From an uncultured Muribaculaceae bacterium (GTDB lineage Bacteria > Bacillota_I > Bacilli_A > RF39 > UBA660): 64,000 nt of DNA. The translations under genes were made by a program, and so were the position numbers. Positions within the stretch are counted from its first letter, which is position 1, and the number at the start of each line of letters is the position of its first letter. Below are positions 7,660 through 17,131 of this stretch, in pieces. The stretch lies in contig CAYOYB010000001.1 in assembly GCA_964408085.1 (NCBI GenBank), positions 128,066 through 192,065 of the forward strand, given 5' to 3'. A model generated the notes under the pieces. That model had not been told where the DNA came from and ran no database searches. It worked only from the letters and a program-made list of their open reading frames with translations.

Positions 7660-10290
7660 ATGGAAAGAAATATAGAAGGATTAACAGAAGAACAAGTATT
7701 AGAAAATCGTAAAAAATATGGTAGTAATAAAATAACTACATTAAAAAAAGAAACCTTTTTTAGTCTATTTATAGAATCTTTTAGTGATCCAATGATTAGA
7801 ATTCTTTTAATTGCGCTTGGTATAAAAACGATTTTTTTAATTAAAAATTTTGATTGGTATGAAACAGTTGGCATTGTCATTGCTATATTTATCGCGTCTT
7901 TTATTTCCTCTATATCAGAATATGGTAGTCAAAAGGCTTTTGAGCGATTACAAGATGAAGCCTCAAAAATAAAATGTAAAGTAAAAAGAAATGGAAAGCT
8001 AAAAGAAGTAGATGTTGATGATGTTGTAAAAGACGATATTATCATTTTACAGTCAGGAGATCGTATTCCAGCTGATGGTGTGATTCTTAAAGGAAATATT
8101 AGTGTTGATGAATCGTCACTTAATGGTGAAGCTAAAGAACAATATAAATATCCAGTTAATAATATGGGTGCAAAGGAAGCAAAACAAAATGAAGTTTATC
8201 GTGGAACAGTTGTCTATAATGGCGAAGCTACTATGTTAGCTACAAAAATTGGTGATAACACGTTTTATGGTTCTATAGCAAAAGAATTACAAGAAAAACA
8301 ACCAGAAAGCCCTATGAAAATTCGCCTTAGAAAATTAGCTCAAATAATTAGTAAAATAGGTTATGTCTGTGCCTTTTTAGTCGCCTTCTCTTATCTATTT
8401 TCTGTTATTGTAATTCATAATAATTTTAATTTAATAGCTATTAAACATACTATTACCAATTTTCCCCTAATGTCTGGTTATATTTTATATGCCCTAACTT
8501 TAACGGTAACTGTCATAGTGGTGGCTGTTCCTGAAGGTTTACCGATGATGATTACCTTAGTATTATCTTCTAATATGAAAAGAATGTTAAAAGATAATGT
8601 TTTAGTAAGAAAGTTGGTTGGAATAGAAACTGCTGGTAGTTTAAATATTCTATTTTCTGATAAAACAGGTACTTTAACAAAAGGAAAATTAGAAGTAGTT
8701 GGAATATTAAGTGGTGCTGGAAAGGTCTATTATAACAAAATTGAATTAGAGAAAAATCCAAAATTTTATGAATTAGTAAGAACATCACTTCTTTATAATA
8801 ATGCTAGTAGCTATGACGAAACAGCTAAAAAGATAGTTGGTGGAAATATAACAGATCGTGCTTTATTAGAATTTATTAATGATAACAGAGAAAAAAATTT
8901 CAAAATAATTTCTAATATTCCATTTGATAGTAAAAACAAATATTCAATTACTGTCATTAATAATGGTAGCAGACTAAACCTTATTAAAGGTGCTCCAGAA
9001 AAAATATTACCATTTTGTCGATACTATTATACAGAAAATGGTGAACAAAAAACGCTCTTTGATAAAAATAAGTTAGCATCAACTATAAGTAGTATAACAA
9101 AAAGAGGAATTAGAGTGTTAACTATAGCTACATCTACTTCCTATGAACCAACTAGATTTTCTGATTTAACATTAGTAGGATTTATTTATATTAAAGATGA
9201 AGTAAGAAAAGAAGCTATTGAAGGTGTAAAATTAGTTCGTGAGGCTCATATTCAAACAGTTATGATAACTGGAGATAACAAAGATACAGCCTATGCCATT
9301 GGTGAAGAGGTTGGTCTAATCGATAAGAATTCAATTATTTTGACATCAAACGAATTAAATCAAAAGACAGATGAAGAATTAAAGCAAATCTTACCTAGAT
9401 TGCGAATTGTTGCTAGGGCCTTGCCACAAGATAAAAGTAGATTAGTTAGAATCTCTCAAGAACTAGGATTAGTAGTTGGAATGACAGGTGATGGGGTTAA
9501 TGATGCTCCTGCTTTAAAAAAAGCTGATGTAGGTTTTTCTATGGGAAGTGGTACAGAAGTAGCTAAAGAGGCTAGTGACATAGTTATTTTAGATGACAAT
9601 TTTAAATCGATTACCAAAGCTATTTTATTTGGACGAACGATTTTTAAGAGTATTAGAAAATTCATTATTTTTCAATTAACAGTTAATTTATGTGCTGTAT
9701 CTTTATCAATAATAGGACCATTTATTGGTGTTGATACGCCAGTTACAGTTATTCAAATGTTATGGATTAATATGGTTATGGATACTTTAGCAGGACTTGC
9801 CTTCTCTTTTGAACCACCTTTGTTAGAGTATATGACTGAGTTACCCAAAAGAAAAGATGAACAGATTATTAATAGATATATGGCTGGCGAAATTTTATTT
9901 ACTGGCTTGTATTCTTCTATTTTATGCGTTGTATTTTTGAAATTACCTTTTATAAAGAACTTTTTTAGAGTAGATAATAATAATCTCTACTTAATGACTG
10001 CTTTCTTTGGTTTATTCATTTTCATGACCATTTTTAATAGTTTTAATGCTAGAACGAATCGATTAAATTTATTAGCTAATATTTTAAAAAATAAAGTCTT
10101 TCTTTTCATTATTTTATTTATTTTAGTTGTTCAAATTGTTTTAATTTATTATGGTGGGGATTTATTTAGAACGGCCGGTTTAACTTATGTAGAATTTTTA
10201 ATAATGTTGTTATTATCAGCTACTGTTATACCTGTTGATTGGTTACGTAAATGTTATCTTAGAAAAAAGGGACAGGTAGGAGGAGTTTAG
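7660..10290 (+). CDS. P-type (P2) cation-transporting ATPase, Ca2+-type
   Basis: DKTGTLT phosphorylation site, TGDN, GDGVNDAPALKKADVG hinge, PEGLP in M4, 10 TM layout. Start set to ATG 7660 (GGGAGG upstream). Confidence 0.9.
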   Translation: MERNIEGLTEEQVLENRKKYGSNKITTLKKETFFSLFIESFSDPMIRILLIALGIKTIFLIKNFDWYETVGIVIAIFIASFISSISEYGSQKAFERLQDEASKIKCKVKRNGKLKEVDVDDVVKDDIIILQSGDRIPADGVILKGNISVDESSLNGEAKEQYKYPVNNMGAKEAKQNEVYRGTVVYNGEATMLATKIGDNTFYGSIAKELQEKQPESPMKIRLRKLAQIISKIGYVCAFLVAFSYLFSVIVIHNNFNLIAIKHTITNFPLMSGYILYALTLTVTVIVVAVPEGLPMMITLVLSSNMKRMLKDNVLVRKLVGIETAGSLNILFSDKTGTLTKGKLEVVGILSGAGKVYYNKIELEKNPKFYELVRTSLLYNNASSYDETAKKIVGGNITDRALLEFINDNREKNFKIISNIPFDSKNKYSITVINNGSRLNLIKGAPEKILPFCRYYYTENGEQKTLFDKNKLASTISSITKRGIRVLTIATSTSYEPTRFSDLTLVGFIYIKDEVRKEAIEGVKLVREAHIQTVMITGDNKDTAYAIGEEVGLIDKNSIILTSNELNQKTDEELKQILPRLRIVARALPQDKSRLVRISQELGLVVGMTGDGVNDAPALKKADVGFSMGSGTEVAKEASDIVILDDNFKSITKAILFGRTIFKSIRKFIIFQLTVNLCAVSLSIIGPFIGVDTPVTVIQMLWINMVMDTLAGLAFSFEPPLLEYMTELPKRKDEQIINRYMAGEILFTGLYSSILCVVFLKLPFIKNFFRVDNNNLYLMTAFFGLFIFMTIFNSFNARTNRLNLLANILKNKVFLFIILFILVVQIVLIYYGGDLFRTAGLTYVEFLIMLLLSATVIPVDWLRKCYLRKKGQVGGV

Positions 10291-10291
10291 G

Positions 10292-10316
10292 AAAAATGCA
10301 CGAAATGCATTTTTTT
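10292..10316 (+). terminator. rho-independent terminator
   Basis: aaaaatgca-cgaaa-tgcattttt stem-loop with T-run. Confidence 0.7.
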
Positions 10317-10331
10317 GCGTTTGAAATTTGA

Positions 10332-10360
10332 TTGCAAAAATTGTCAAAATATGGTAATAT
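10332..10360 (+). promoter_or_regulatory. sigma-A-type promoter candidate for the LytTR/kinase operon
   Basis: TTGCAA (10332-10337), 17 nt spacer, TAATAT (10355-10360). Confidence 0.5.
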
Positions 10361-10418
10361 TTACTAGTATAGTAAGGTTTGCTGGATGCAATTTTTTTAT
10401 TTAATTAGGAGTGGTTAT

Positions 10419-11120
10419 ATGATTAATTTTATTGTGTGTGACGATAATAAGAAATTATTAGATGAAGTAGTTGAACTTATTAATCAACTAATGATGAAAA
10501 ATCGTCATGAATATAAAGTACATGCTTTTACAGACTATAACGATAAGTTTATGGATATAATGAATGAAAAATTATCGTGCAAAATATATATTCTAGATGT
10601 AGAAGTTCCTAGTCAATCTGGTATTGATATTGCTAGACAAATAAGAGAAAATGATGTAGATAGTGTAATTATTTTTTTGACTATCCATAATGAAGTAGGA
10701 CCAGTATTATTAAAAGAAGAAATTATGTTTTTAACTTTTATTTGTAAATTTGATAACGCTAATAAAAGACTAAAATCAGCTATTTGCAAGGCTTTAGATC
10801 TCGTTGGGAAAAAATTATCTGTTAGATTTGAGGACCAAGGCGCTATTTATACGTTACCTGTTAAAGACATTATCTATATTTTAACTGATACAATTGAAAG
10901 AAAAATTGTTATTAAGACAGATTACGCCCAATTTAGGGTATCAAAAACACTTGTGGAAATGGAAAATTTATTACCACATCAATTTAAGCATTCACATAGA
11001 GCCTGCATTGTAAATGTTGATCGCATTAGAATGATTGATAAGAAAAATAACACCATTATTTTTGATAATGATGATGTTGTAGATTTACTATCAAAAAGTT
11101 GTAGAAAGGAACTGGTGTAA
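10419..11120 (+). CDS. LytTR-family response regulator (AgrA-like)
   Basis: Receiver domain (FIVCDDN..., YILDVEVP). C-terminal LytTR domain (FKHSHRACIVNVDRIRMID). Start ATG 10419 with AGGAG upstream. Confidence 0.85.
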   Translation: MINFIVCDDNKKLLDEVVELINQLMMKNRHEYKVHAFTDYNDKFMDIMNEKLSCKIYILDVEVPSQSGIDIARQIRENDVDSVIIFLTIHNEVGPVLLKEEIMFLTFICKFDNANKRLKSAICKALDLVGKKLSVRFEDQGAIYTLPVKDIIYILTDTIERKIVIKTDYAQFRVSKTLVEMENLLPHQFKHSHRACIVNVDRIRMIDKKNNTIIFDNDDVVDLLSKSCRKELV

Positions 11121-12419
11121 ATGAAGATACTTTGTGATCTTTTAGGTGCATTGATTTTATCAATATCGTCTATTTATGTTATTAGTCAGATAATGGATTT
11201 ATCTATCAAAAAAGTCGGTATTATTAGATACTTAATATCGATAATAGCGCTATCAGTTTATTTAATTATTAGTTATTATAGTACTATGATTTTTTTAAGA
11301 TATCTATTATTCGTTTTTGCAATATCCTTAATAATAATATTAATTATGAAAAAATCATTTAAAGAGTCTTTTATTGCAGGATTCTTTATATTCATTTTGC
11401 TGGCAATATCTGAGTTATTATTTGCGATAGTTGTTATGTATATACTAAAAGCTGATGTCGAAAGTTTTTATGGGGTTTTACTGGGAAATATTGGTATAGC
11501 CTTAATTTTATTTCTTTTAATTAAAATTCCTAAATTCTTAGTCTTATTAAAAAGTTGGCTTGAAAAAATAGCTACTTCAAAAAGGTATTATTTAATTGCC
11601 TTGATTGTTATATTATGTTTTTCAATTAGTATTATTATTTATATAAATTATTTTGATACAACGACTAGGTTAAGATTTGTTTTAAGTTTAATTGTGATAC
11701 TGATTTATACTATCATAACTATTATTTTGTTTAATGAAAAGAACAATAGTAGTAAGATTCAATATGAATATGAAAATGTGGTAAATAATTTAAATGAATA
11801 CGAAAAAATGTTAGACTTTCAAAAGGTTGCTAATCATGAAAATAAAAATCAATTATTAGTTATAAAAAGTATGATAGATAAAAAAGATTCTAAAGTAGAT
11901 GAATATATTAATAGTATAATTTTAGAAAAAAGTGAAGATAATGAAGATTTTTTATATCGAACTAATATTATTCCTTCTGGTGGTTTAAGAGGTTTAGTTT
12001 ATTACAAACTATTATCAATGAAGGAAAAGAAAATTAATGTCAATTTAAGTATTTCTAATAAAATAAGAAAAATAGATTTAGAGAAAATGGGTGTAAATTT
12101 AAATAAAGATTTATGTAAAATTATGGGAGTTATCTTGGATAATGCTAGACAAGCTGTTGAAGAATTAGAAACTAAAAATATCGATATAGAAATGGACTAT
12201 ATAGATAATCAATTTATCATTATCGTTTCTAATAACTTTGAAGGTGATTTAGATTTAAGTGAAATGGATAATATTGGTTATACAACTAAAGGTAGTGGTC
12301 ATGGATATGGACTAGCTTTAATGAAACAGCTAATTGATAAAAATAGTTGCTTAGATAACCAAAAATACATATATGGTAAAAAATTTGTTCAAAAAGTAAT
12401 TTTAAATTTACAAAAATAA
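11121..12419 (+). CDS. AgrC-like (HPK10-type) membrane sensor histidine kinase
   Basis: About 6 N-terminal TM helices, H-box-like VANHENKNQLL, GHKL ATPase end (TKGSGHGYGL). Abuts the regulator gene (TAA ATG). Confidence 0.8.
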   Translation: MKILCDLLGALILSISSIYVISQIMDLSIKKVGIIRYLISIIALSVYLIISYYSTMIFLRYLLFVFAISLIIILIMKKSFKESFIAGFFIFILLAISELLFAIVVMYILKADVESFYGVLLGNIGIALILFLLIKIPKFLVLLKSWLEKIATSKRYYLIALIVILCFSISIIIYINYFDTTTRLRFVLSLIVILIYTIITIILFNEKNNSSKIQYEYENVVNNLNEYEKMLDFQKVANHENKNQLLVIKSMIDKKDSKVDEYINSIILEKSEDNEDFLYRTNIIPSGGLRGLVYYKLLSMKEKKINVNLSISNKIRKIDLEKMGVNLNKDLCKIMGVILDNARQAVEELETKNIDIEMDYIDNQFIIIVSNNFEGDLDLSEMDNIGYTTKGSGHGYGLALMKQLIDKNSCLDNQKYIYGKKFVQKVILNLQK

Positions 12420-12442
12420 AAAACTGCGATTGCAGTTTTTTA
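12417..12442. terminator. bidirectional terminator between convergent kinase and agrD
   Basis: aaactgc-gatt-gcagttt hairpin flanked by an A-run and a T-run. Confidence 0.65.
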
Positions 12443-12562
12443 TTATTTAAGAAGTGCTTTTGGACATTCTGGTTCATCGATAACAAAAACGAAACAAGCA
12501 CTACTTCCTAAAGAGGCAACAAATCCAGCTACTGAAGCAATTATTGAAGTTATAAATGCCAT
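12443..12562 (-). CDS. agrD: AgrD-type cyclic autoinducing peptide precursor (39 aa), absent from ORF track
   Basis: GGAGGAGG sits 8 nt before ATG 12562. Translation: MAFITSIIASVAGFVASLGSSACFVFVIDEPECPKALLK. It has a hydrophobic leader, Cys plus 4 residues, then an acidic IDEPECPKAL tail. Lies 51 nt downstream of agrB. Confidence 0.8.
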   Translation of the reverse strand: MAFITSIIASVAGFVASLGSSACFVFVIDEPECPKALLK

Positions 12563-12613
12563 AACAAATACCTCCTCCCTTTTTATTCTATGTTTAAATA
12601 AATTTAAACCATA

Positions 12614-13207
12614 TTAAAGATATTTTTTATAATTGTTATATGGTAATTTAAAAATGCGATAAACTGTAGGAGATATCATAAAACATTGTAGAACAATCGC
12701 AATTAATAAAGAGTTAGCCAAGAATTGATTATCTATAAATAAAGAACAAATAATCATAATAAGCGCGATAATTGTTGATATAATTTTTAAACAAAATCTT
12801 CTTTTTTTATTTATGATTGGCCTTTTATATGTATCAGCTGGAGCATTTTTTATAATAAAAGCTAAACTGATTAGACCAATTATTACTTTTAAGTAAATAG
12901 GTATTTGAATAATCGTACATATAAAAGGAAGAATTATAAAAATTAACAGTGATGATATTAAGCAAATCCAACTTTTAGTTGCATGCAATCCAAATGATGG
13001 TATTCTTATAAAATTATAGCAAATGAGAAAAATCAATGTTTCTTTTATTAAACCTAATAAATAAGAAACTATTAAAATAACAATCATTTTAGTTATTAAT
13101 ATATATATAGATTCTAATCCATATTTTATAATTTCTAATTTTTCATTATCGAAATTATTATATTTTTGAATAACATTTAGTTGTTTATTTATAATAAAAT
13201 TTCTCAT
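12614..13207 (-). CDS. agrB: AgrB-family membrane endopeptidase (AIP maturation)
   Basis: Polytopic membrane protein with the AgrB catalytic region FIRIPSFGLHATKSWICLISS (His and Cys) and an N-terminal LEIIKYGLE helix. Confidence 0.85.
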   Translation of the reverse strand: MRNFIINKQLNVIQKYNNFDNEKLEIIKYGLESIYILITKMIVILIVSYLLGLIKETLIFLICYNFIRIPSFGLHATKSWICLISSLLIFIILPFICTIIQIPIYLKVIIGLISLAFIIKNAPADTYKRPIINKKRRFCLKIISTIIALIMIICSLFIDNQFLANSLLIAIVLQCFMISPTVYRIFKLPYNNYKKYL

Positions 13208-13453
13208 ATACTACCCCTTACCTTAATAACAATATCATTATTCATTTAATCACATTTATCCATTTTAGTACATTACTACAAATATGTTTGAACGAGTATA
13301 TAATTAACTTATAATTAATAATGTACTAATTAATATACAAAAATAAATTGCTTACACACAAACCAATAAAAATAGCATAAAACTTTGATAAAATTTATAA
13401 TTAGTGCTTTTAAAATTGTGCAGATAATGTCGGTTTTTGAATGCTTGATTTTA

Positions 13454-13482
13454 TTGAAAATCAATGGCTTAGACGGTATATT
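13454..13482 (+). promoter_or_regulatory. sigma-A-type promoter candidate for csp
   Basis: TTGAAA (13454-13459), 17 nt spacer, TATATT (13477-13482). Confidence 0.5.
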
Positions 13483-13520
13483 TATATTGTAAGCGAATTT
13501 TACAAGAAGGAGGATTTTTT

Positions 13521-13733
13521 ATGAAAGGGAAAGTAAAATGGTTTAACAATGACAAAGGATATGGCTTTATCGAATATAAGGATGGCGAAGATATATTTGT
13601 TCATTATAGTACAATTTTATCAGAGGGTTATAAAACACTAGTTGAAGGGCAATATGTTGAATTTGAACTAGTAAGAACAGATAAAGGGTTACAAGCAAAA
13701 AATGTTGTCGAAATTAAAACTGCTCTTGTATAG
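13521..13733 (+). CDS. cold-shock protein (CspA family)
   Basis: [16 protein letters not shown] (RNP1) and DIFVHYS (RNP2). AGGAGG RBS. Confidence 0.95.
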   Translation: MKGKVKWFNNDKGYGFIEYKDGEDIFVHYSTILSEGYKTLVEGQYVEFELVRTDKGLQAKNVVEIKTALV

Positions 13734-13791
13734 TGGTTTTTTTTGTAATATAGATAAAAAAGTGTTATAATAATCATAGGAGGATGATATT

Positions 13792-14325
13792 ATGAAATTT
13801 AATATTAGAGGACAAAAAATTGATGTAACACCTGCAATTAGAGAGTATGCTGAAAAGAAGATTGGAAAATTAGAAAAATATTTTTCTAAATCTGATGAGA
13901 TAACTGCAAGTATATTACTAAAAGTTAGAGGTAAAGAACAAATCGTTGAAGTAACTATACCTATAAAGAAAATTGTTTTAAGAGCTGAAGAGACTAATAA
14001 AGATTTATATGCAGCTATTGATTTAGTATCAGAAAAATTAGAACGCCAAATTAGAAAAAATAAAACAAGAATAGCTCAAAGAAAATCTAAAACAAACGAT
14101 ATAGAAATAAATATAGATTTTGATAATTCAGAAATAGAAGAAGCAAAAGATAAAGTTGTTAGAAGAAAGCAAATGGATACAAAACCAATGAGTGAAGAAG
14201 AAGCAATTTTGCAAATGAATATGCTTGGACATGAATTCTTTATTTATAAAGATGATGAAAGTGGGAACACTTGCATATTATATAAGAGAAAAGATGGAGA
14301 TTTAGGAATAATAGAAACTAAATAG
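13792..14325 (+). CDS. hpf: ribosome hibernation-promoting factor, long form
   Basis: MKFNIRGQKIDVTPAIREYAEKKIGKLEKYF N-terminal S30AE domain plus a C-terminal dimerisation domain (HEFFIYKDDESGNTCILYKRKDGDLGIIE). Conserved position upstream of secA. Confidence 0.9.
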   Translation: MKFNIRGQKIDVTPAIREYAEKKIGKLEKYFSKSDEITASILLKVRGKEQIVEVTIPIKKIVLRAEETNKDLYAAIDLVSEKLERQIRKNKTRIAQRKSKTNDIEINIDFDNSEIEEAKDKVVRRKQMDTKPMSEEEAILQMNMLGHEFFIYKDDESGNTCILYKRKDGDLGIIETK

Positions 14326-14346
14326 GATGTTAATCATCCTTTTTTC
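14324..14346 (+). terminator. rho-independent terminator after hpf
   Basis: aggatg-ttaat-catcct hairpin plus TTTTTT. Confidence 0.6.
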
Positions 14347-14416
14347 TTATTATTTAACCTAAAAAACTATTATTTTCTTTTGTTTTTTGATAAAATATAG
14401 ATTAGGAGTTGATTAT

Positions 14417-16912
14417 ATGAAGTTTTTTAAAAAAATATTTGATCACGAATATAAAGAACTTGAAAGATTTAAAAGTATTGCTGATAAAATAGAAGCATTA
14501 GATTCAAAAATGACAAAGATGAAAGATGCTGACTTAAAAAAACAAACAGAAATCTTTAAAGAGAGATTATCAAAAGGAGAAACTTTAGATGATATTTTAG
14601 TGGAAGCTTTTGCGACTGTAAGAGAAGTTGCATATAGAGTATTGGGTGAAAAACCTTTCTATTCACAACTTTTAGGTGCGATTGCTATTCATGAAGGAAA
14701 TATTGCTGAGTTAAAAACAGGTGAAGGAAAAACTTTAACAACAACCTTACCAGCATATTTAAATGCTCTAGAAGGTAAAGGTGTTCATGTTATTACTGTT
14801 AATGAATACCTAACTGAAAGAAATGCAGATTGGATGCGTGGAATTTACGAATTTTTAGGTATTACTGTTGGTATAAATAAACATGACCTTTCACCAAAAG
14901 AAAAAAAAGAGGCTTTTGACTGTGATATTACATATACAACAAATAATGAAATTGGTTTTGATTATTTAAGAGATAATATGGTTGTAAAAGCTGAAAATCG
15001 TGTATGTAGAGGGCTAAATTATGCCATAATTGATGAGGTAGACTCTATTTTAATTGATGAAGCTAGAACACCATTAATTATTTCTGGTGGAGTTATGCAA
15101 TCAGCAAACTTATATATTCAGGCTGATAATTTTGTTAAACACTTAAAAGAAAACAATGGATATATATATGATGAAAAAACAAAATCAGTTGTTTTAGACG
15201 AAAAAGGAATAGCTGAAGCTGAGAAGAATTTTAATATTTCCAATTTGTACGATATCCAAAATACAAATTTAGTTCATTATATAAATCAAGCTTTAAAAGC
15301 TAATTATAGTATGAAAAGAGATATTGATTATGTTGTTGCTGACGGAAAAGTTGTTATTGTCGATCCATTTACTGGACGTTTAATGCAGGGTAGAACATAT
15401 TCTGATGGCTTGCATCAAGCAATCGAAGCTAAAGAAAGTGTTAGCATTCAACAAGAAACAAAAACTTTAGCAACAATTACCTTCCAAAATTTATTTAGAA
15501 TGTATAATAAATTATCTGGTATGACAGGAACAGCTAAAACCGAAGAAGAGGAATTTAGAGATATTTATAATATGTATGTTATTTGCATTCCAACTAACAG
15601 ACCAGTAATTCGTGAAGACTGTAAAGATTTAATTTTCGCAACTAAAGATGGTAAATATAAAGCTATCGCTAAAGAAATAAAAGAAAGATATGAAAAAGGT
15701 CAACCAGTACTTGTTGGTACAATTGCTGTTGAAACAAGTGAATTAATTAGCAAAATGCTTAGTAAAATGCATATACCACATGAAGTTTTAAATGCTAAAA
15801 ACCATGCTAGAGAAGCTGAGATTATTGCTAAAGCTGGTGAGAGAAAAGCTGTTACAATAGCAACTAATATGGCAGGTCGTGGAACTGATATTAAATTAGG
15901 TGAAGGTGTAAAAGAACTTGGAGGTTTATGCGTAATTGGAACTGAAAGACATGAATCACGAAGAATCGATAATCAGTTAAGAGGACGTTCAGGTCGTCAA
16001 GGAGATCCAGGTTTAACACAATTCTGTGTATCTTTCGAAGATGAATTAATGGTACGCTTTGGTACTGATAGAGTAAAACCTATGCTTCAAAGATTAGGCT
16101 TTGATGGTGAAGCATCTATTCATAATAAAATGTTATCTAGTTCTATCGAATCAGCACAAAAACGTGTTGAAGGTAATAACTTTGATGTTCGTAAACAATT
16201 ATTACAATATGATGATGTTATTAATCAACAAAGAAAAATAATTTATGAAAAAAGAAATATCATTCTTGATAGTGAATCAATTCATGATGTGATTTTAGAA
16301 AGTTTTAAAAATCATGTTAGTGATTTAGCTTATGCTCATGTTAATAGTGATAGTAATAAGATGACTGATAATGATTTAAGCGAAATGTTAGAGTCTATAA
16401 ATGAACAATTCTTAAGTGTTGCTATTTCAAAGGAAGGATTAGAAGACAAAAATATAGATGATATGATTGATTATATTTATGGGCGTTTAGTTGATGAATA
16501 TGAACAAAAATTATCGACAGTTCCTGAAGAAATTACAAGAGAATTTGAAAAAGCAATTGCCCTTAGAGTTATTGATACTCACTGGATGGAACATATTAAT
16601 ACAATGTCACATTTAAGAGAGGGAATTCACTTAAGAGGATATGCTCAAGAAAATCCATTACGTGCTTACACTAAAGAGGGTTATGACTTATTTGATCAAT
16701 TACTTATGACAATTGATAGAGAAACAACTGTTTATTTGATGAAAGCTGAAATTCGTCAAAATGTTGAAAGAAAACAAGTAATTAAAGGTGAAGCTGTTTC
16801 AAATAAAGAAAAGGAAACAAAATCATCACCAAAAAGGGTTTCAAAAGTTGGTAGAAATGAATTATGTCCTTGTGGCTCAGGTAAGAAATATAAACAATGT
16901 TGTGGTAAGTAG
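14417..16912 (+). CDS. secA: preprotein translocase ATPase SecA
   Basis: Start ATG 14417 (AGGAG upstream). Walker A ELKTGEGKTL, DEVDSILIDEARTPLIISG, TNMAGRGTDIKLG, and C-terminal zinc motif CPCGSGKKYKQCCG. Confidence 0.97.
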   Translation: MKFFKKIFDHEYKELERFKSIADKIEALDSKMTKMKDADLKKQTEIFKERLSKGETLDDILVEAFATVREVAYRVLGEKPFYSQLLGAIAIHEGNIAELKTGEGKTLTTTLPAYLNALEGKGVHVITVNEYLTERNADWMRGIYEFLGITVGINKHDLSPKEKKEAFDCDITYTTNNEIGFDYLRDNMVVKAENRVCRGLNYAIIDEVDSILIDEARTPLIISGGVMQSANLYIQADNFVKHLKENNGYIYDEKTKSVVLDEKGIAEAEKNFNISNLYDIQNTNLVHYINQALKANYSMKRDIDYVVADGKVVIVDPFTGRLMQGRTYSDGLHQAIEAKESVSIQQETKTLATITFQNLFRMYNKLSGMTGTAKTEEEEFRDIYNMYVICIPTNRPVIREDCKDLIFATKDGKYKAIAKEIKERYEKGQPVLVGTIAVETSELISKMLSKMHIPHEVLNAKNHAREAEIIAKAGERKAVTIATNMAGRGTDIKLGEGVKELGGLCVIGTERHESRRIDNQLRGRSGRQGDPGLTQFCVSFEDELMVRFGTDRVKPMLQRLGFDGEASIHNKMLSSSIESAQKRVEGNNFDVRKQLLQYDDVINQQRKIIYEKRNIILDSESIHDVILESFKNHVSDLAYAHVNSDSNKMTDNDLSEMLESINEQFLSVAISKEGLEDKNIDDMIDYIYGRLVDEYEQKLSTVPEEITREFEKAIALRVIDTHWMEHINTMSHLREGIHLRGYAQENPLRAYTKEGYDLFDQLLMTIDRETTVYLMKAEIRQNVERKQVIKGEAVSNKEKETKSSPKRVSKVGRNELCPCGSGKKYKQCCGK

Positions 16913-17000
16913 TCTAAATACCTTAAAAAATAAGGGAATTGTAGAGATTGAAAAAATTCAAAATAAAGTGATTTTTGACCAAGCAGCTCAAAATGGAACT

Positions 17001-17021
17001 TTTGTCTACGATTTGTCTACG
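17001..17021 (+). repeat. tandem direct repeat TTTGTCTACG x2 (11-bp phase) next to int
   Basis: tttgtctacg at 17001-17010 and 17012-17021. A third TGTCTAC lies in the hairpin at 17101. Confidence 0.7.
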
Positions 17022-17097
17022 TAAATTAAAAAACACAATCAAAAAATAATGAGCCCTTATAATACAAGGCATTTGTACGTATACAAATTGTATAAAA

Positions 17098-17131
17098 AGT
17101 TGTCTACATGAAAAATGTAGACAGCTTTTTT
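17098..17131 (+). terminator. hairpin plus T-run immediately upstream of int
   Basis: tgtctacat-gaaaa-atgtagaca (17101-17123), extendable by flanking pairs, then TTTTTT. Confidence 0.6.

Noticed and set aside
12286-12501. 71-aa minus-strand ORF from the track spanning the kinase 3' end and the terminator
   Set aside because: It overlaps the kinase gene and the bidirectional hairpin and has no RBS. The true coding signal here is agrD (12443-12562), in a different frame.
13208-13453. Long cold-shock-type 5' UTR (cold box) upstream of the chromosomal csp
   Set aside because: The best promoter (TTGAAA, 17 nt, TATATT at 13454-13482) leaves a leader of only about 30 nt. The rest of the gap is better explained as the agrB upstream region.
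16788-17024. 78-aa plus-strand ORF overlapping the secA 3' end
   Set aside because: The first 40 codons or so overlap secA out of frame, and no RBS is present. Only the tail beyond 16915 looks protein-like, so I treat it as a possible relic (noted under the attL finding) and not as a gene.
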